DNA from: Vulcanimicrobiota bacterium
GTDB lineage: Bacteria > Vulcanimicrobiota > Xenobia > Xenobiales > JADMJV01
Assembly: GCA_050250895.1 (NCBI GenBank)
Contig: JBFWNU010000010.1
Location: forward strand, 96,001 to 160,000
Direction of reading: 5' to 3'
DNA length: 64,000 nt
Part shown: in pieces, positions 19,501 through 27,941 of the stretch
Position numbering within the stretch: the first letter of the stretch is position 1
Layout: every line of letters starts with the position of its first letter
Position numbers and translations under genes: made by a program
The notes under the pieces: model-generated
Seen by the model: only the letters and a program-made list of their open reading frames with translations
What the model was told of the DNA's origin: nothing
Database searches by the model: none

Positions 19501-20249
19501 GGCAGGTCGTGCTGAATCTGCTCAGCAACGCCGTGAAGTTCACCGATCAAGGCGGGGTGGAGATGAGCGTGACCCTCGACGGCCGCGGACCCGACGGGTT
19601 CCGCCTGCGGGTCGAGGTGAGAGATACCGGGATCGGCATCGATCCCGCCGACCAGTCCAAGCTGTTTCAGCCCTTCAGCCAGCTTCACCAGGAGCTGGCG
19701 CATCCACTCACCGGCACCGGGTTAGGCCTGTCCATCTGCCGGCGCATCGTCGAGATGTGTCGTGGCGATATCGGAATCGAGAGCCAGGCCGGCGAGGGCG
19801 CTACTTTCTGGTTTACGGCCTGGCTGGGGACGGCCCAGCGACCGGAGGCTTCGCTGCGTGAGCCGCTCGAGCTAGACCTCACCGAGCCGGCCCGGATTCT
19901 GGTGGCCGAAGACAACCCGATCAACCGCCGGGTCGTCAGTCTGCAACTCGAGAAGATGGGCTATCATGTGGAGGCGGTTTGCAACGGCCGCGAGGCGGTC
20001 GAGAAGGTGGCTGCCGCCGACTTCGACCTGGTGCTGATGGATTGCCAGATGCCCGAGATGGACGGCTGGGAAGCGGCCCGCCGCATCCGCGCCCAGGGAC
20101 CCCGGCCCATCCTGGTCGCCCTCACCGCTTTTGCCCAGCCCGCTGAGAAGGCGCGCAGTTTCGAGGCGGGAATGGATGACTTTCTGGTCAAGCCGGTCGA
20201 CGCCTCGCGACTCGAAGAAGCGATCGTTCGTTGGGTGGGTCCGGCTTGA
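16536..20249 (+). CDS. Hybrid sensor histidine kinase/response regulator (PAS-like, GAF, HK, REC, PAS, HK, REC)
   Basis: FLRGGGQM...DWSQHPLGP N-terminus; two H-boxes (ISHELRTPL, LSHELRTPL); two HATPase domains; receivers SDVMMP and MDCQMP. Start uncertain (16536 or 16581). Confidence 0.92.
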   Translation: MSDASKLDFLRGGGQMAELIAGMDWSQHPLGPPEKWPQSLQTALSICLHSRQSLIIWWGPELRILYNDAFRIICGDKHPESMGSPGRLVWPEIWHIIGPMLQSVLAGGPATWEHDQLLVLNRHDFLEEAYFTYSYSAIRDETGRVGGVFTATTETTERVLRARRLSTLKELGRLPARASTFEACQAAMGILASNPLDLPFAQIYVPLGADFQMLAWTGYAGGPWPLGEAMELTGPLKMAFRPPCPIGPWPEPPNEVVVLPILRSSDAEALGLLVAGVSPCLTLTEDYEDFLNLVAGHLGVAIVNARAYEEERARAEALAELDRAKTVFFSNISHELRTPLALMLGPLQEVLGQPNLAPELQQQLTVSERNGLRLLKLVNSLLDFSRLEAGRLNAAFQPTDLSALTIDLASNFRSAMDRAGLEFTVDCPPLAELVFVDHDMWEKIVLNLLSNALKFTFQGAVWLRLVAQTDGVRLTVSDTGTGIPEHELPHVFERFHRAPVGRGRSIEGSGIGLALVAELVRLHGGTIEIDSEFEVGTTLSVRIPFGLDHLPPEQVHREPIPTASAARQFVEEAMRWLPADDKPSQGSRGRILLADDNADMRDYVKRLLGRQDYAVETVIDGQVALERARRDPPDLILSDVMMPRLDGFDLLAALKGDARTRHIPVILLSARAGDEARLQGLSAGADDYLVKPFTAKELPARVAAVLETARLNRQVQERLELELAARTSALVASQERYRSLVESSPAVIFSCQAGPPFQVLFVSPPVLDLTGYPPDEFLERGRTWDQVIHPEDRSIVFAEVEAAARDRLPFEFETRVLHRCHEPRQVLVRGRMTAHSEGELRLEGIALDITAARRTEEAEQARRQAEAANQAKSAFLANLSHELRTPLNGIVGMAGLLADSQLSADQSEYVETIRACSRVLLDTISDVLDVSKIEAGKFELESRVFIISSLFQDALDAVKAIAATKGLSLDLHWDAALPEAGLGDPVRLRQVVLNLLSNAVKFTDQGGVEMSVTLDGRGPDGFRLRVEVRDTGIGIDPADQSKLFQPFSQLHQELAHPLTGTGLGLSICRRIVEMCRGDIGIESQAGEGATFWFTAWLGTAQRPEASLREPLELDLTEPARILVAEDNPINRRVVSLQLEKMGYHVEAVCNGREAVEKVAAADFDLVLMDCQMPEMDGWEAARRIRAQGPRPILVALTAFAQPAEKARSFEAGMDDFLVKPVDASRLEEAIVRWVGPA

Positions 20250-20270
20250 CCGAGGAGGAGAGGCACCAGA

Positions 20271-20462
20271 ATGAGCGGTAAGGTTCGCAGTGAGATCAAG
20301 ATCGGCCAGAAGGTCAGGATCGTGCTCAAGGCCGATCAGGCCACCGGTCGATTGACCGAGGGAGTGGTGGAGCGCATCCTCACCAACTCGGCCACCCATC
20401 CTCACGGAATCAAGGTCAGGCTGCGCTCGGGGCAGGTCGGTCGGGTCAAAGAGATCGTCTAG
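20271..20462 (+). CDS. YwbE (DUF2196) family protein
   Basis: IVLKADQATGRLTEGVVERILTNSATHPHGIKVRLRSGQVGRV; GAGGAG RBS. Confidence 0.9.
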   Translation: MSGKVRSEIKIGQKVRIVLKADQATGRLTEGVVERILTNSATHPHGIKVRLRSGQVGRVKEIV

Positions 20463-21379
20463 ACTTTCTCCAGGCTTGCCCAGGCCGTTTCGGCCTGAGC
20501 CCGGCTCGAGAAGGCGATGGAACGATACTCGCGCAGGCTGGCCTGACGCACGCGCTGGCAGGCAGCCTCATCGAGCAACCCCTCATGGAGGAGCACGACG
20601 GCGGCTTCGAGGTAGGACTCGAAGTAGTGAATCCCCTCTTGCTGCGGCTGAGGGCCCAGGTGATGGATCAGCGCCCCGTAGAGCCGGTCGGCGAAGTTGG
20701 CGTGCAGGGCCTGGGCCAACAGGACGTCGCCCTGTCCGCTGTCGCCCACGAAGAGGAAGTCGAACTCGGGGTACAACGCCTGGTACTGGTTGAAGTTCTG
20801 CAACTTCTTGGCGGCCATGCTCTGGTGCGAGCGCAGCGCGGCCAGGCTGCCTCCCAGCACGATGGGCTCAGGCAGGCCGTGGCGGGCCAACTGTCGCTTG
20901 GTCCACCGCTCGACCAGCCCCAGCCTGTCGCTGGGCCGGGCCGTCAACAGGACCAATCCGGTGAGATTCGAGTCGGGACCCAGGCTAGCCCGTTGCACCT
21001 CTTCGTAGAAGGCCAGCACCCCCGGGTAGCGCGTGCCGCGCGGGTAGCGTCGGTCGTGGATGCTGGCATAGATGGTGTCGTCGATGTCGCTCACCAGGCG
21101 CAGCGGCGGCTGCTCGAATTCGTCGGGACGAGGAGAGTGCAAGCGGATGTGCTCGAGCAGCTCTTGACGGGACTTTCTTCCCAGGTCACGGTAGAGCAGT
21201 TGCTGCAGGTCGCGGTGGTCGCCGCCCCGGTCAAGGGCCGTCTTCAAGGTGGTCAGTTCACGCCCGCGTACACTGGTGAACAGTTGCACGATCAGCCGCT
21301 CGTCGACCCGCGAGGTGTAGCCGGCCTGCAGGCGGGTGATCTCGCTGGCCAAAGCTTCGACGCTCGGCATGCTGCCCAT
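20459..21379 (-). CDS. App1/DUF2183-like HAD phosphatase domain protein
   Basis: SDIDDT, YPGV, LTARP and FVGDSGQGD motifs. Confidence 0.75.
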   Translation of the reverse strand: MGSMPSVEALASEITRLQAGYTSRVDERLIVQLFTSVRGRELTTLKTALDRGGDHRDLQQLLYRDLGRKSRQELLEHIRLHSPRPDEFEQPPLRLVSDIDDTIYASIHDRRYPRGTRYPGVLAFYEEVQRASLGPDSNLTGLVLLTARPSDRLGLVERWTKRQLARHGLPEPIVLGGSLAALRSHQSMAAKKLQNFNQYQALYPEFDFLFVGDSGQGDVLLAQALHANFADRLYGALIHHLGPQPQQEGIHYFESYLEAAVVLLHEGLLDEAACQRVRQASLREYRSIAFSSRAQAETAWASLEKV

Positions 21380-21493
21380 GCAGCTAGCCTAGCGCCGGAA
21401 GGGAGCACCGGTCCCGACCCGATGGAGTATCTCGGGGGTATCCTGGGGAAGGCGAGGTGAAAAATTCGTCGCTATCGGCTGAAGCGGTAGGGG

Positions 21494-22729
21494 TTAATCC
21501 TGGCCTTCGGCCTTACACTCGGGCTCGAGGCGGCTCATGGCCATGGGTTCGAGGCTGGGATCGAGCGCGAGCGCGCGGCTCCACGGTTCGCGAGCGGCCG
21601 ACTCCATGCCGCGCTCCCACAGTAGATCGCCCAGCAGCAACTGAGCCAGGGCCATCTCCGGGTCGAGACGCACAGCCTTGCGGGCGTGGACCAGAGCCCG
21701 AGAAATCTTTTTCATGCCTTTGAGGGCCTGGGCCAGCAGGTAGTGATAGTGAGCGTTCTCGGGAGCCAGCGCCAACGCTTTCTCGAGATGCGAGCGAGAT
21801 TCTTCATACTCGCCCGACAGCAACAGGGCCTGACCCAGGCCGCCTTCGGCCTCGGCGTCTTCGCCGTCGAGTTCGAGCACGCGTTTGAAACGCCGGATGG
21901 CATGCTCATAGTGGCCCTGCTTGATCTCGAGGCCACCGAGTAACAGCAATCCTTCGAGCATATTCGGCTCGAATTCGAGAGCCCGCTGCAAGTGGGCTCG
22001 AGCCTCTTCGTGCTCGCCGCGGTGGGCCAGGGCGTGACCCAGGTTGTACTGCACATCGGGGTTGGTGGGCGACAAGCGAGCTGCCCGCCGAAATTCGAGA
22101 ATGGCCATGTCCAAGAAGCCCTGGTGCATATACACCACGCCCAGGTTCATGCGCGAACGGGGAAACGACGGGTCGAGCTCGACACAGGCCCGCAGCTCTT
22201 GCTTGGCCCGGTCCAAATCGCCGGTGTGGAGATAGATCACTCCGCGCAGGTTCAGCGCGTCTAGATGGTAAGGCTGGACTTTAAGGATCTTGTCGATCTG
22301 GCGTAAAGCCTTGCGATAGATGCCCAGCTCGATGTAGGCCTCGGCCAGGGATAAGCGCAACTCCCAGTCTTCGGGGTCGAGGCGCAAGGCCCCCGACCAG
22401 ACCCGGGCGGCCTTGTCCATCTCTTCTTGCTGGAAGTAGGCCAGACCCAGATAATAGTGGGCCTCGGTGCAGGCGGGGTCGAGTTCGATGGCGTTCTTGA
22501 AACACAAAATCGCCTGCTCGAGGTGGCCTTTCTCGGCCAGCACCACGCCCAGGTCGAGACGGACCTCGACGTGAGTACGATCCAGGGCAGCGGCACGCTG
22601 CCACTCGCGAATCGCCTCGTCGAGACGACCCTGCTCGCGGTACATCCGCCCTAGCTCATAATGGCTGTCGAAATTCTGCGCCCGGCGGAAGGGATGCAGC
22701 TGCACCACCTTGCCCTTATCCCTGCTCAT
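21494..22729 (-). CDS. Multi-TPR protein
   Basis: About 11 consecutive 34-aa TPR units (e.g. AHYYLGLAYFQQEEMDKAARVWSGALRLDP). Confidence 0.9.
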   Translation of the reverse strand: MSRDKGKVVQLHPFRRAQNFDSHYELGRMYREQGRLDEAIREWQRAAALDRTHVEVRLDLGVVLAEKGHLEQAILCFKNAIELDPACTEAHYYLGLAYFQQEEMDKAARVWSGALRLDPEDWELRLSLAEAYIELGIYRKALRQIDKILKVQPYHLDALNLRGVIYLHTGDLDRAKQELRACVELDPSFPRSRMNLGVVYMHQGFLDMAILEFRRAARLSPTNPDVQYNLGHALAHRGEHEEARAHLQRALEFEPNMLEGLLLLGGLEIKQGHYEHAIRRFKRVLELDGEDAEAEGGLGQALLLSGEYEESRSHLEKALALAPENAHYHYLLAQALKGMKKISRALVHARKAVRLDPEMALAQLLLGDLLWERGMESAAREPWSRALALDPSLEPMAMSRLEPECKAEGQD

Positions 22730-22760
22730 AACGCCTCAAGGCTTCGGCGTCGACAGGCCG

Positions 22761-23774
22761 TCACCTGCCCTGGGAAGGCGTCAAGTCGAACAGTTGCAGG
22801 CCCTCAGGCCCCAGATAGGCCAGCTTGGAACCGTCGGGCGCCAGCTGCAACTGCCCCAGCGGAAGCTTCTCGAGCGGGGTCAGCCGATAGTCGTCACCTT
22901 TTCTGCCGACCAGCACCTGCATGCTCGATTCGACCACGTCCAACTGGCAGACCACCGCCACCGTGCCGTCGTCGGACAACTGGGGATAGCCATAGGCCAG
23001 ATCCCCGCTGGCCAACGGGCGAGAGGTCTTGCCCTCGACCAGCACCACCTGGCTCTGGCCCGGATGGTCGACCAGCGTCACCAGCGCGCGCTCTTGACGG
23101 GCTATCAGACCGGTTACACTCTGGGCTTTCAAGACCAGGCTCTGGTTCGTCCCGCGGCGATAGGTCAGGTTCTGGTGCTGGCCGTCGGGTTCGACGGTGA
23201 AGCCGCCCTCGGCCGAAGACCATTCGGCCAGGACCCGCTGGTCATCGCCCAGCAGGGGCCCAGGTGTAAAGGCCTCGGAGCCGTGTCCTTCGGGGTCGAG
23301 CAGGGCCAGACGGGCGGGTTGCAACTGGCCTCCGGCCTGGTAGAACGAGCCTGCCACCAGCACTTTCTGATCAATTCTTCTCAGCGTGCCAGCCTCACCG
23401 ACGAAACCCGGCCCGTCAAGGCTAGGAGCCATCAGCACCCGAGGTCGGGCAGTGGAGAAGTCGACTTCTAGAAAGGTCGTGCCCGCCTGGGTCATCACCA
23501 CCGCTCCATCGCGAGTTGCACAGACATCGTCCACGCTAGGCACGATCAGAGGCACCTCTTGCCCTGGCGAGCCGAGTTGCAACACCCACAGACGAAAGCC
23601 CACTCCCTGTTGGCGCTCGGTGGTGCGGGTGCGCTCGAGCCCTAACAGCTTGCCATCGGGGGTGAAACCCACCAGCTGGAAGCCGCGCTCATAGACCCCG
23701 AGCCGGGCCAGATCGATGGGCTCGGCCCAGCCCAGGGCCGTCAAAACCAGCAACAGCAACCAAACCCGCTTCAC
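22761..23774 (-). CDS. Secreted beta-propeller-like (TolB/WD-like) protein
   Basis: GTG 23774 begins the signal peptide VKRVWLLLLVLTALGWA; FTPDGKLL, LSDDGTV and LAPDGSKLAY blade motifs. Confidence 0.6.
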   Translation of the reverse strand: MKRVWLLLLVLTALGWAEPIDLARLGVYERGFQLVGFTPDGKLLGLERTRTTERQQGVGFRLWVLQLGSPGQEVPLIVPSVDDVCATRDGAVVMTQAGTTFLEVDFSTARPRVLMAPSLDGPGFVGEAGTLRRIDQKVLVAGSFYQAGGQLQPARLALLDPEGHGSEAFTPGPLLGDDQRVLAEWSSAEGGFTVEPDGQHQNLTYRRGTNQSLVLKAQSVTGLIARQERALVTLVDHPGQSQVVLVEGKTSRPLASGDLAYGYPQLSDDGTVAVVCQLDVVESSMQVLVGRKGDDYRLTPLEKLPLGQLQLAPDGSKLAYLGPEGLQLFDLTPSQGR

Positions 23775-23796
23775 GTCCAACCTATTCTGGGAGGGT

Positions 23797-23813
23797 TGCA
23801 ACCGACCTGCAAC
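23797..23813 (+). promoter_or_regulatory. Direct repeat TGCAAC-N5-TGCAAC upstream of the acyl-CoA ligase gene
   Basis: TGCAAC at 23797 and 23808; TAGTGT at 23826. Confidence 0.6.
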
Positions 23814-23864
23814 GCCCCCGGGTGATAGTGTGGGCGACCAAAGAACACCACCGGGGAGGAAACA

Positions 23865-25340
23865 ATGTATCTCAATCGATGGCTCAAGACCCACGCTCAA
23901 CTCCGCCCGAATCAGATCGCTCTGATCGATGAACACGGCCACCGGACCAGCTATGCCCAGATGTACGAGGCCAGCAAGACGGCCGCCGCTCGCCTGCAAC
24001 AGCTGGGCGTGACCGCTGGCGACCGGGTGGCCACCCTGACCGCCAACCGCCCCGAGTTCTTGCACCTGCTGTTCGGCTGCGCCCGCATCGGCGCTATCCT
24101 GGTGCCCCTCAACTGGCGCCTGACCAAAGCCGAACTGGCCGGCATCGTAGCCGACTGCGACCCCAAAGTGATGTTCGTAGACGCCCAGAACACGATGCAG
24201 GCCCCCGAGCACCCCAACGCTCTTTCCATCCACAACTTCGCTGATGGCGTCCAGGCCAGCGACTATCTGGCCGAGGTCGACGAAGACACGGCCGTGGCCA
24301 TCTTCTACACGGGCGGAACCACCGGCGTTCCCAAAGGTGCCGTGCTAACCCATCGCTCCATCCACTGGAACGCCGTCAACACCATCACCGGCTGGGGTCT
24401 TGCTCCCACCGATGTGGCCCCGGTTTTCACCCCGATGTTCCATACCGGCGGCCTCAACGTGCTGGCCACCCCCCTCTTCCTGCTGGGCGGCACGGTCGTG
24501 CTGGCCGGCCCCTTCAAAGCCGAGGACGCCCTTGACCTGCTGGTCAAAGAGCGTTGCACCGTGCTCTTTATGGTTCCCACCATGTTCGATATGCTGCGCA
24601 GCGTGCCCGAGTTCGACACCACCGACCTCTCCCGAGTGCGCCTCTGGATCTCTGGTGGTGCTCCCTGCCCCCGTTCGCTGTTCGAAGCCTACTGGCAGCG
24701 CGGTTTGCCGTTGCGCCAGGGCTACGGCCTGACCGAGGCTGGCCCCAACAACTTCGGCGTCAACATCGAAGATGCCAAAGCTCACCTGGGGACCGTCGGC
24801 CATCCCCTGCCTTTTGTCGACATCCGCCTGGTGCGCGAAGACGGCAGCGAGTCTGCCATCGGCGAGGTGGGCGAACTGCAGGTTCGCGGCCCCCACGTGA
24901 TGAGCGGCTACTGGGCCCGCCCTGAGGCCACCGCTCAGGCCATCGCCTACGGCTGGCTCCACACCGGTGACCTGGCCTATCGCAACAAAGACGGCTTCTT
25001 CTTTATCTGCGGGCGTAACAAAGAGATGTTCATCTCGGGCGGCGAGAACGTCTTCCCGGCCGAAATCGAAGAGGTCCTGCTCGACCACCCGGCCGTGGCC
25101 GAAGCCGCCGTCATCGGCGTGCCCGACGCCAAGTGGGGCGAGGTCGGCCGCGCCTACATCGTGGCCAAAGACGCCGCCAACCCGCCCACCGACGCCGAGC
25201 TCACTGCCTTCTGCCGCGGCCGCCTGGCCGGCTACAAGGTGCCCAAGCAGGTTCGCATCATCGACTCGCTGCCCAAGTCGGCGGCCGGCAAGATCCTCAA
25301 GAAACTTCTGGCCGAACCGGCCCTGGCGGAGGCTCGCTAA
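23865..25340 (+). CDS. Long-chain fatty acid-CoA ligase (ANL/AMP-binding family)
   Basis: YTGGTTGVPKG, GYGLTE, GWLHTGD, GGENVFPAEIE and LPKSAAGKILK motifs; GGAGG RBS. Confidence 0.92.
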   Translation: MYLNRWLKTHAQLRPNQIALIDEHGHRTSYAQMYEASKTAAARLQQLGVTAGDRVATLTANRPEFLHLLFGCARIGAILVPLNWRLTKAELAGIVADCDPKVMFVDAQNTMQAPEHPNALSIHNFADGVQASDYLAEVDEDTAVAIFYTGGTTGVPKGAVLTHRSIHWNAVNTITGWGLAPTDVAPVFTPMFHTGGLNVLATPLFLLGGTVVLAGPFKAEDALDLLVKERCTVLFMVPTMFDMLRSVPEFDTTDLSRVRLWISGGAPCPRSLFEAYWQRGLPLRQGYGLTEAGPNNFGVNIEDAKAHLGTVGHPLPFVDIRLVREDGSESAIGEVGELQVRGPHVMSGYWARPEATAQAIAYGWLHTGDLAYRNKDGFFFICGRNKEMFISGGENVFPAEIEEVLLDHPAVAEAAVIGVPDAKWGEVGRAYIVAKDAANPPTDAELTAFCRGRLAGYKVPKQVRIIDSLPKSAAGKILKKLLAEPALAEAR

Positions 25341-25341
25341 C

Positions 25342-26526
25342 ATGAAAGACTCTCGCACCGCATACGTCGTCGAAGGCCTGCTCTTCCTCATCTATCTCGC
25401 CTTCGGCATCTCCTGGATCGCTTACTCGCCCATCATGGGCGAACTCGAAGGCCACTTTCACGTGACTCACGCCGAGGCCGGCAGCCTGATCTCGCTGGTC
25501 TCGCTGGCCAAAGCCTTCGTGCCGCTGTTTGCCGGCCTGCTGGCGGCCCGCCTGGGCCTCAAGCGGGCCCTGGCCCTGGGCGCCGGTCTGGCCGGAATCG
25601 CCGCCGTCTTGCCGTTTGCCCCGACCTTCAAGCTGCTGCTGGTGGGCCGTTTTCTCTTCGGAGTGGGCGGCGCCATCGTGGTCACCCTGATGGGACCCAC
25701 CGTGATGGCCTGGTTCTCGGGCTCGAAGCTGCCGATGATCAACGGCATCAACAATGTAGCTGTCAACGCCGGCATCACGGTGGCCTACTTCACCACCGTG
25801 CCTCTGGTCAACCGCCTGGGCTGGCGCGCCACTCTGGTCGGCTTCGGCGTCATCTCGATCGTTCTGGCCGTCGCCTGGCTCTTGTTCGGCGCCGAAGCTG
25901 ACACCGACTCCAAGGCGGTCGCCCAAGACAACCCGCGCCTCATCGAGATGCTGCGCCGCCCCGAGACCTGGTGGCTGGGCCTGGCCTTCACCGGCCCGCT
26001 GTCCCTCTACCTGGCTCTCAACACCTGGCTGCCCAGCCACTACCAAGAGGCCTTCAACCTGTCCCGCTCGGCGGCCTCGCAAATGACCGGCCTGTTCAAC
26101 CTGGTGGGCATCCCGGCGGCTATCTTCGGTGGCCTGCTGACCGCTCGCCTGGGCCTGCGCAAACCGCTCATCCTGCTCTCTGGCTGCATTATGCCGGTAG
26201 CCGCTCTGGGCCTGTTCGCCTCACCTGAACTCTCGGTGCGCACCATCTCGGCGGTGATGCTGGGAGCCTCGTTCTTCCTCTACGTGGCCCCGCTGTTCAC
26301 CATCCCGATGGAGCTGCCAGGCATGACCCCTCGCCGGGTCGCCCTGATGATGGGCTGTATCTTCAGCATGGCCTACATTGTCAGCTTCCTGTCCCCGATG
26401 CTCGTGGGTGCCCTACGTGACTGGACCGGCTCGTTCGGCCCCGGCCTGGGCCTGTTCGCCCTGACCTCGTCGGTGCTGGCTATCGCCGCCTCGCGCCTGC
26501 CCGAAACCGGCCCCAAGGCTCGCTAA
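25342..26526 (+). CDS. MFS transporter
   Basis: About 12 TM segments; GLLAARLGLKR and GLLTARLGLRK motif-A repeats; ATG 1 nt after the ligase stop. Confidence 0.88.
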   Translation: MKDSRTAYVVEGLLFLIYLAFGISWIAYSPIMGELEGHFHVTHAEAGSLISLVSLAKAFVPLFAGLLAARLGLKRALALGAGLAGIAAVLPFAPTFKLLLVGRFLFGVGGAIVVTLMGPTVMAWFSGSKLPMINGINNVAVNAGITVAYFTTVPLVNRLGWRATLVGFGVISIVLAVAWLLFGAEADTDSKAVAQDNPRLIEMLRRPETWWLGLAFTGPLSLYLALNTWLPSHYQEAFNLSRSAASQMTGLFNLVGIPAAIFGGLLTARLGLRKPLILLSGCIMPVAALGLFASPELSVRTISAVMLGASFFLYVAPLFTIPMELPGMTPRRVALMMGCIFSMAYIVSFLSPMLVGALRDWTGSFGPGLGLFALTSSVLAIAASRLPETGPKAR

Positions 26527-26557
26527 CTTTAGAACCCCTGTGGTTCTTTGGTCCACC

Positions 26558-26591
26558 CCCCCGGTCTCACGACCGGGGGTCTTTCATTTTT
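26558..26591 (+). terminator. Intrinsic terminator after the MFS gene
   Basis: CCCCCGGTC-TCAC-GACCGGGGG followed by TCTTTCATTTTT. Confidence 0.75.
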
Positions 26592-26806
26592 GGCCAGCTG
26601 AGGCCGTTGATGGCGTTGTAGCTTGGCGAGTTCTTGGGCACCTCGGGGTGGTGGTGGCCGGCACAGAAGATGGTGAAATCGTCCGGCTCGGCGGTGGCCC
26701 GGTAGTAGTAGGTGCCGTAGCCGGGGCCCACCGGGATGGCCCTGAGATAGTCGGGCGTGAGAAGCTCTAGATTGGCCGGATAGCGGCCCGACCAATCGGT
26801 GGAAGT
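26567..26806 (-). pseudogene. Start-less fragment of a pilin/pseudopilin-like globular domain (copy 3)
   Basis: STDWSGRYPANLELLTPDYLRAIP...FTIFCAGHHH...PSYNAINGL is homologous to the neighbouring copies; no plausible start of its own. Confidence 0.55.
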
Positions 26807-26810
26807 AGGC

Positions 26811-27248
26811 CTAGCGCCATTGTTCACTCGCGTAGTGGGGAGTCCGGTTGCCGTGATGGTTGCCGCCGCAACCCACACTAAAGTCAGAGCCGGACGCGAG
26901 CCAGGTTGCGGAGTAGGTACCGTAGCCGGGGCCCACCGGCACCTGGCGCAGGCTGGGCGGTTGCCACCAATCCGGTGGACAACAGCCACGGATGATCACT
27001 GGGCGCAAAGCGGTGGGCGCGGTGGCCGGGCAGGTCGGAATTGCCTTGAGATACCGTGGGACTAGCAGCGAAATTCTGGTCGGATAGTGCCCAAAGTCTG
27101 TGGCGTAGGCTTCGGCGGCGGCGGAAATCTGGTAAATGTTGTTTTGGCAGCGCCAGGTGCCCGACGTCATGCCCGAGTAGCGGGGCAGAAGCGCATAGCA
27201 AGCGAGCTGTAGCAAGAGAAGGCCGGCCAGGGCCCAGAAGAATTTCAT
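26811..27248 (-). CDS. Pilin/pseudopilin-like domain protein with N-terminal TM (copy 2)
   Basis: MKFFWALAGLLLL TM, then CQNNIYQISAAAEAYATDFGHYP...YLKAIPTCPA...CGGNHH; start uncertain. Confidence 0.55.
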   Translation of the reverse strand: MKFFWALAGLLLLQLACYALLPRYSGMTSGTWRCQNNIYQISAAAEAYATDFGHYPTRISLLVPRYLKAIPTCPATAPTALRPVIIRGCCPPDWWQPPSLRQVPVGPGYGTYSATWLASGSDFSVGCGGNHHGNRTPHYASEQWR

Positions 27249-27313
27249 CGACTCGGTTACGGCCGGGCCGAGAAGTCGGTTCATCGCGGCGGCGGGGCTC
27301 CTCTCGACCAGGC

Positions 27314-27638
27314 CTAGCGCCATCCCGCGTCCAGTCCCTCAGTGGCGGTGTAGCGCGGAAAGTTCTGTAACGACCCACGTTGCCGAGTAGGAATCGTAGC
27401 CCGGCCCCACCGGTAGTTGCCGCAGGCTGGGCGGTTGCCACCAATCGGGCGGGCAACAACCACGAACGATGACCGGGCGCACAGCCGTGGGCGCGGTGGC
27501 TGGGCAGGTCGGAATGGCCTTAAGGTATTTCGGGACCGGCAGCGAGATCCTGGCCGGATAGTGGCCAACCTCTGTCGCGTAAGCTTCGGCGGCGGCGGAA
27601 ATCTGGTAAATGTTGTTTTGGCAGCGCCAGGTGCTCAT
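27314..27638 (-). pseudogene. 5'-truncated, frameshifted pilin-like domain gene (copy 1)
   Basis: Shares a ~240-bp near-duplicate with copy 2 (27395-27634 vs 26921-27160). The C-terminus NFPRYTATEGL...WR* is in another frame and ends with the same ATGGCGCTAGGCCT as copy 2. Confidence 0.6.
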
Positions 27639-27640
27639 CG

Positions 27641-27656
27641 ACTTCCAGCTGGAAGT
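27641..27656. repeat. Perfect 16-bp palindrome ACTTCCAGCTGGAAGT; its 14-bp core recurs at 28797-28810
   Basis: Read directly from the sequence; the second copy lies inside the HNH gene and encodes LPAGS. Confidence 0.85.
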
Positions 27657-27941
27657 GGGCGGGCTAAATGTTGTGAAATCCTAACATTCGCAAGGTGAGA
27701 AGTTGCCCAAAAGGTAGACCCACTCTAGACGAGGCGCACAAAGTCCTCAGAGCGCGTTGTCAGGCATCCGGGGGCGGGAAATGGCTGGCGAAAACGTTTT
27801 GCTCTGGCAACGCCTTGTCATGAATGCCTGTCGCGTCGTCAGGAAATCCTATAACCAAGCCATTTGTTTGCGTTGAATCGGGTGGCTATCTTGAGTAAAA
27901 TAGGATCATTCCTTGATTCTTCTTCTACTCGGAGGTCGGTA

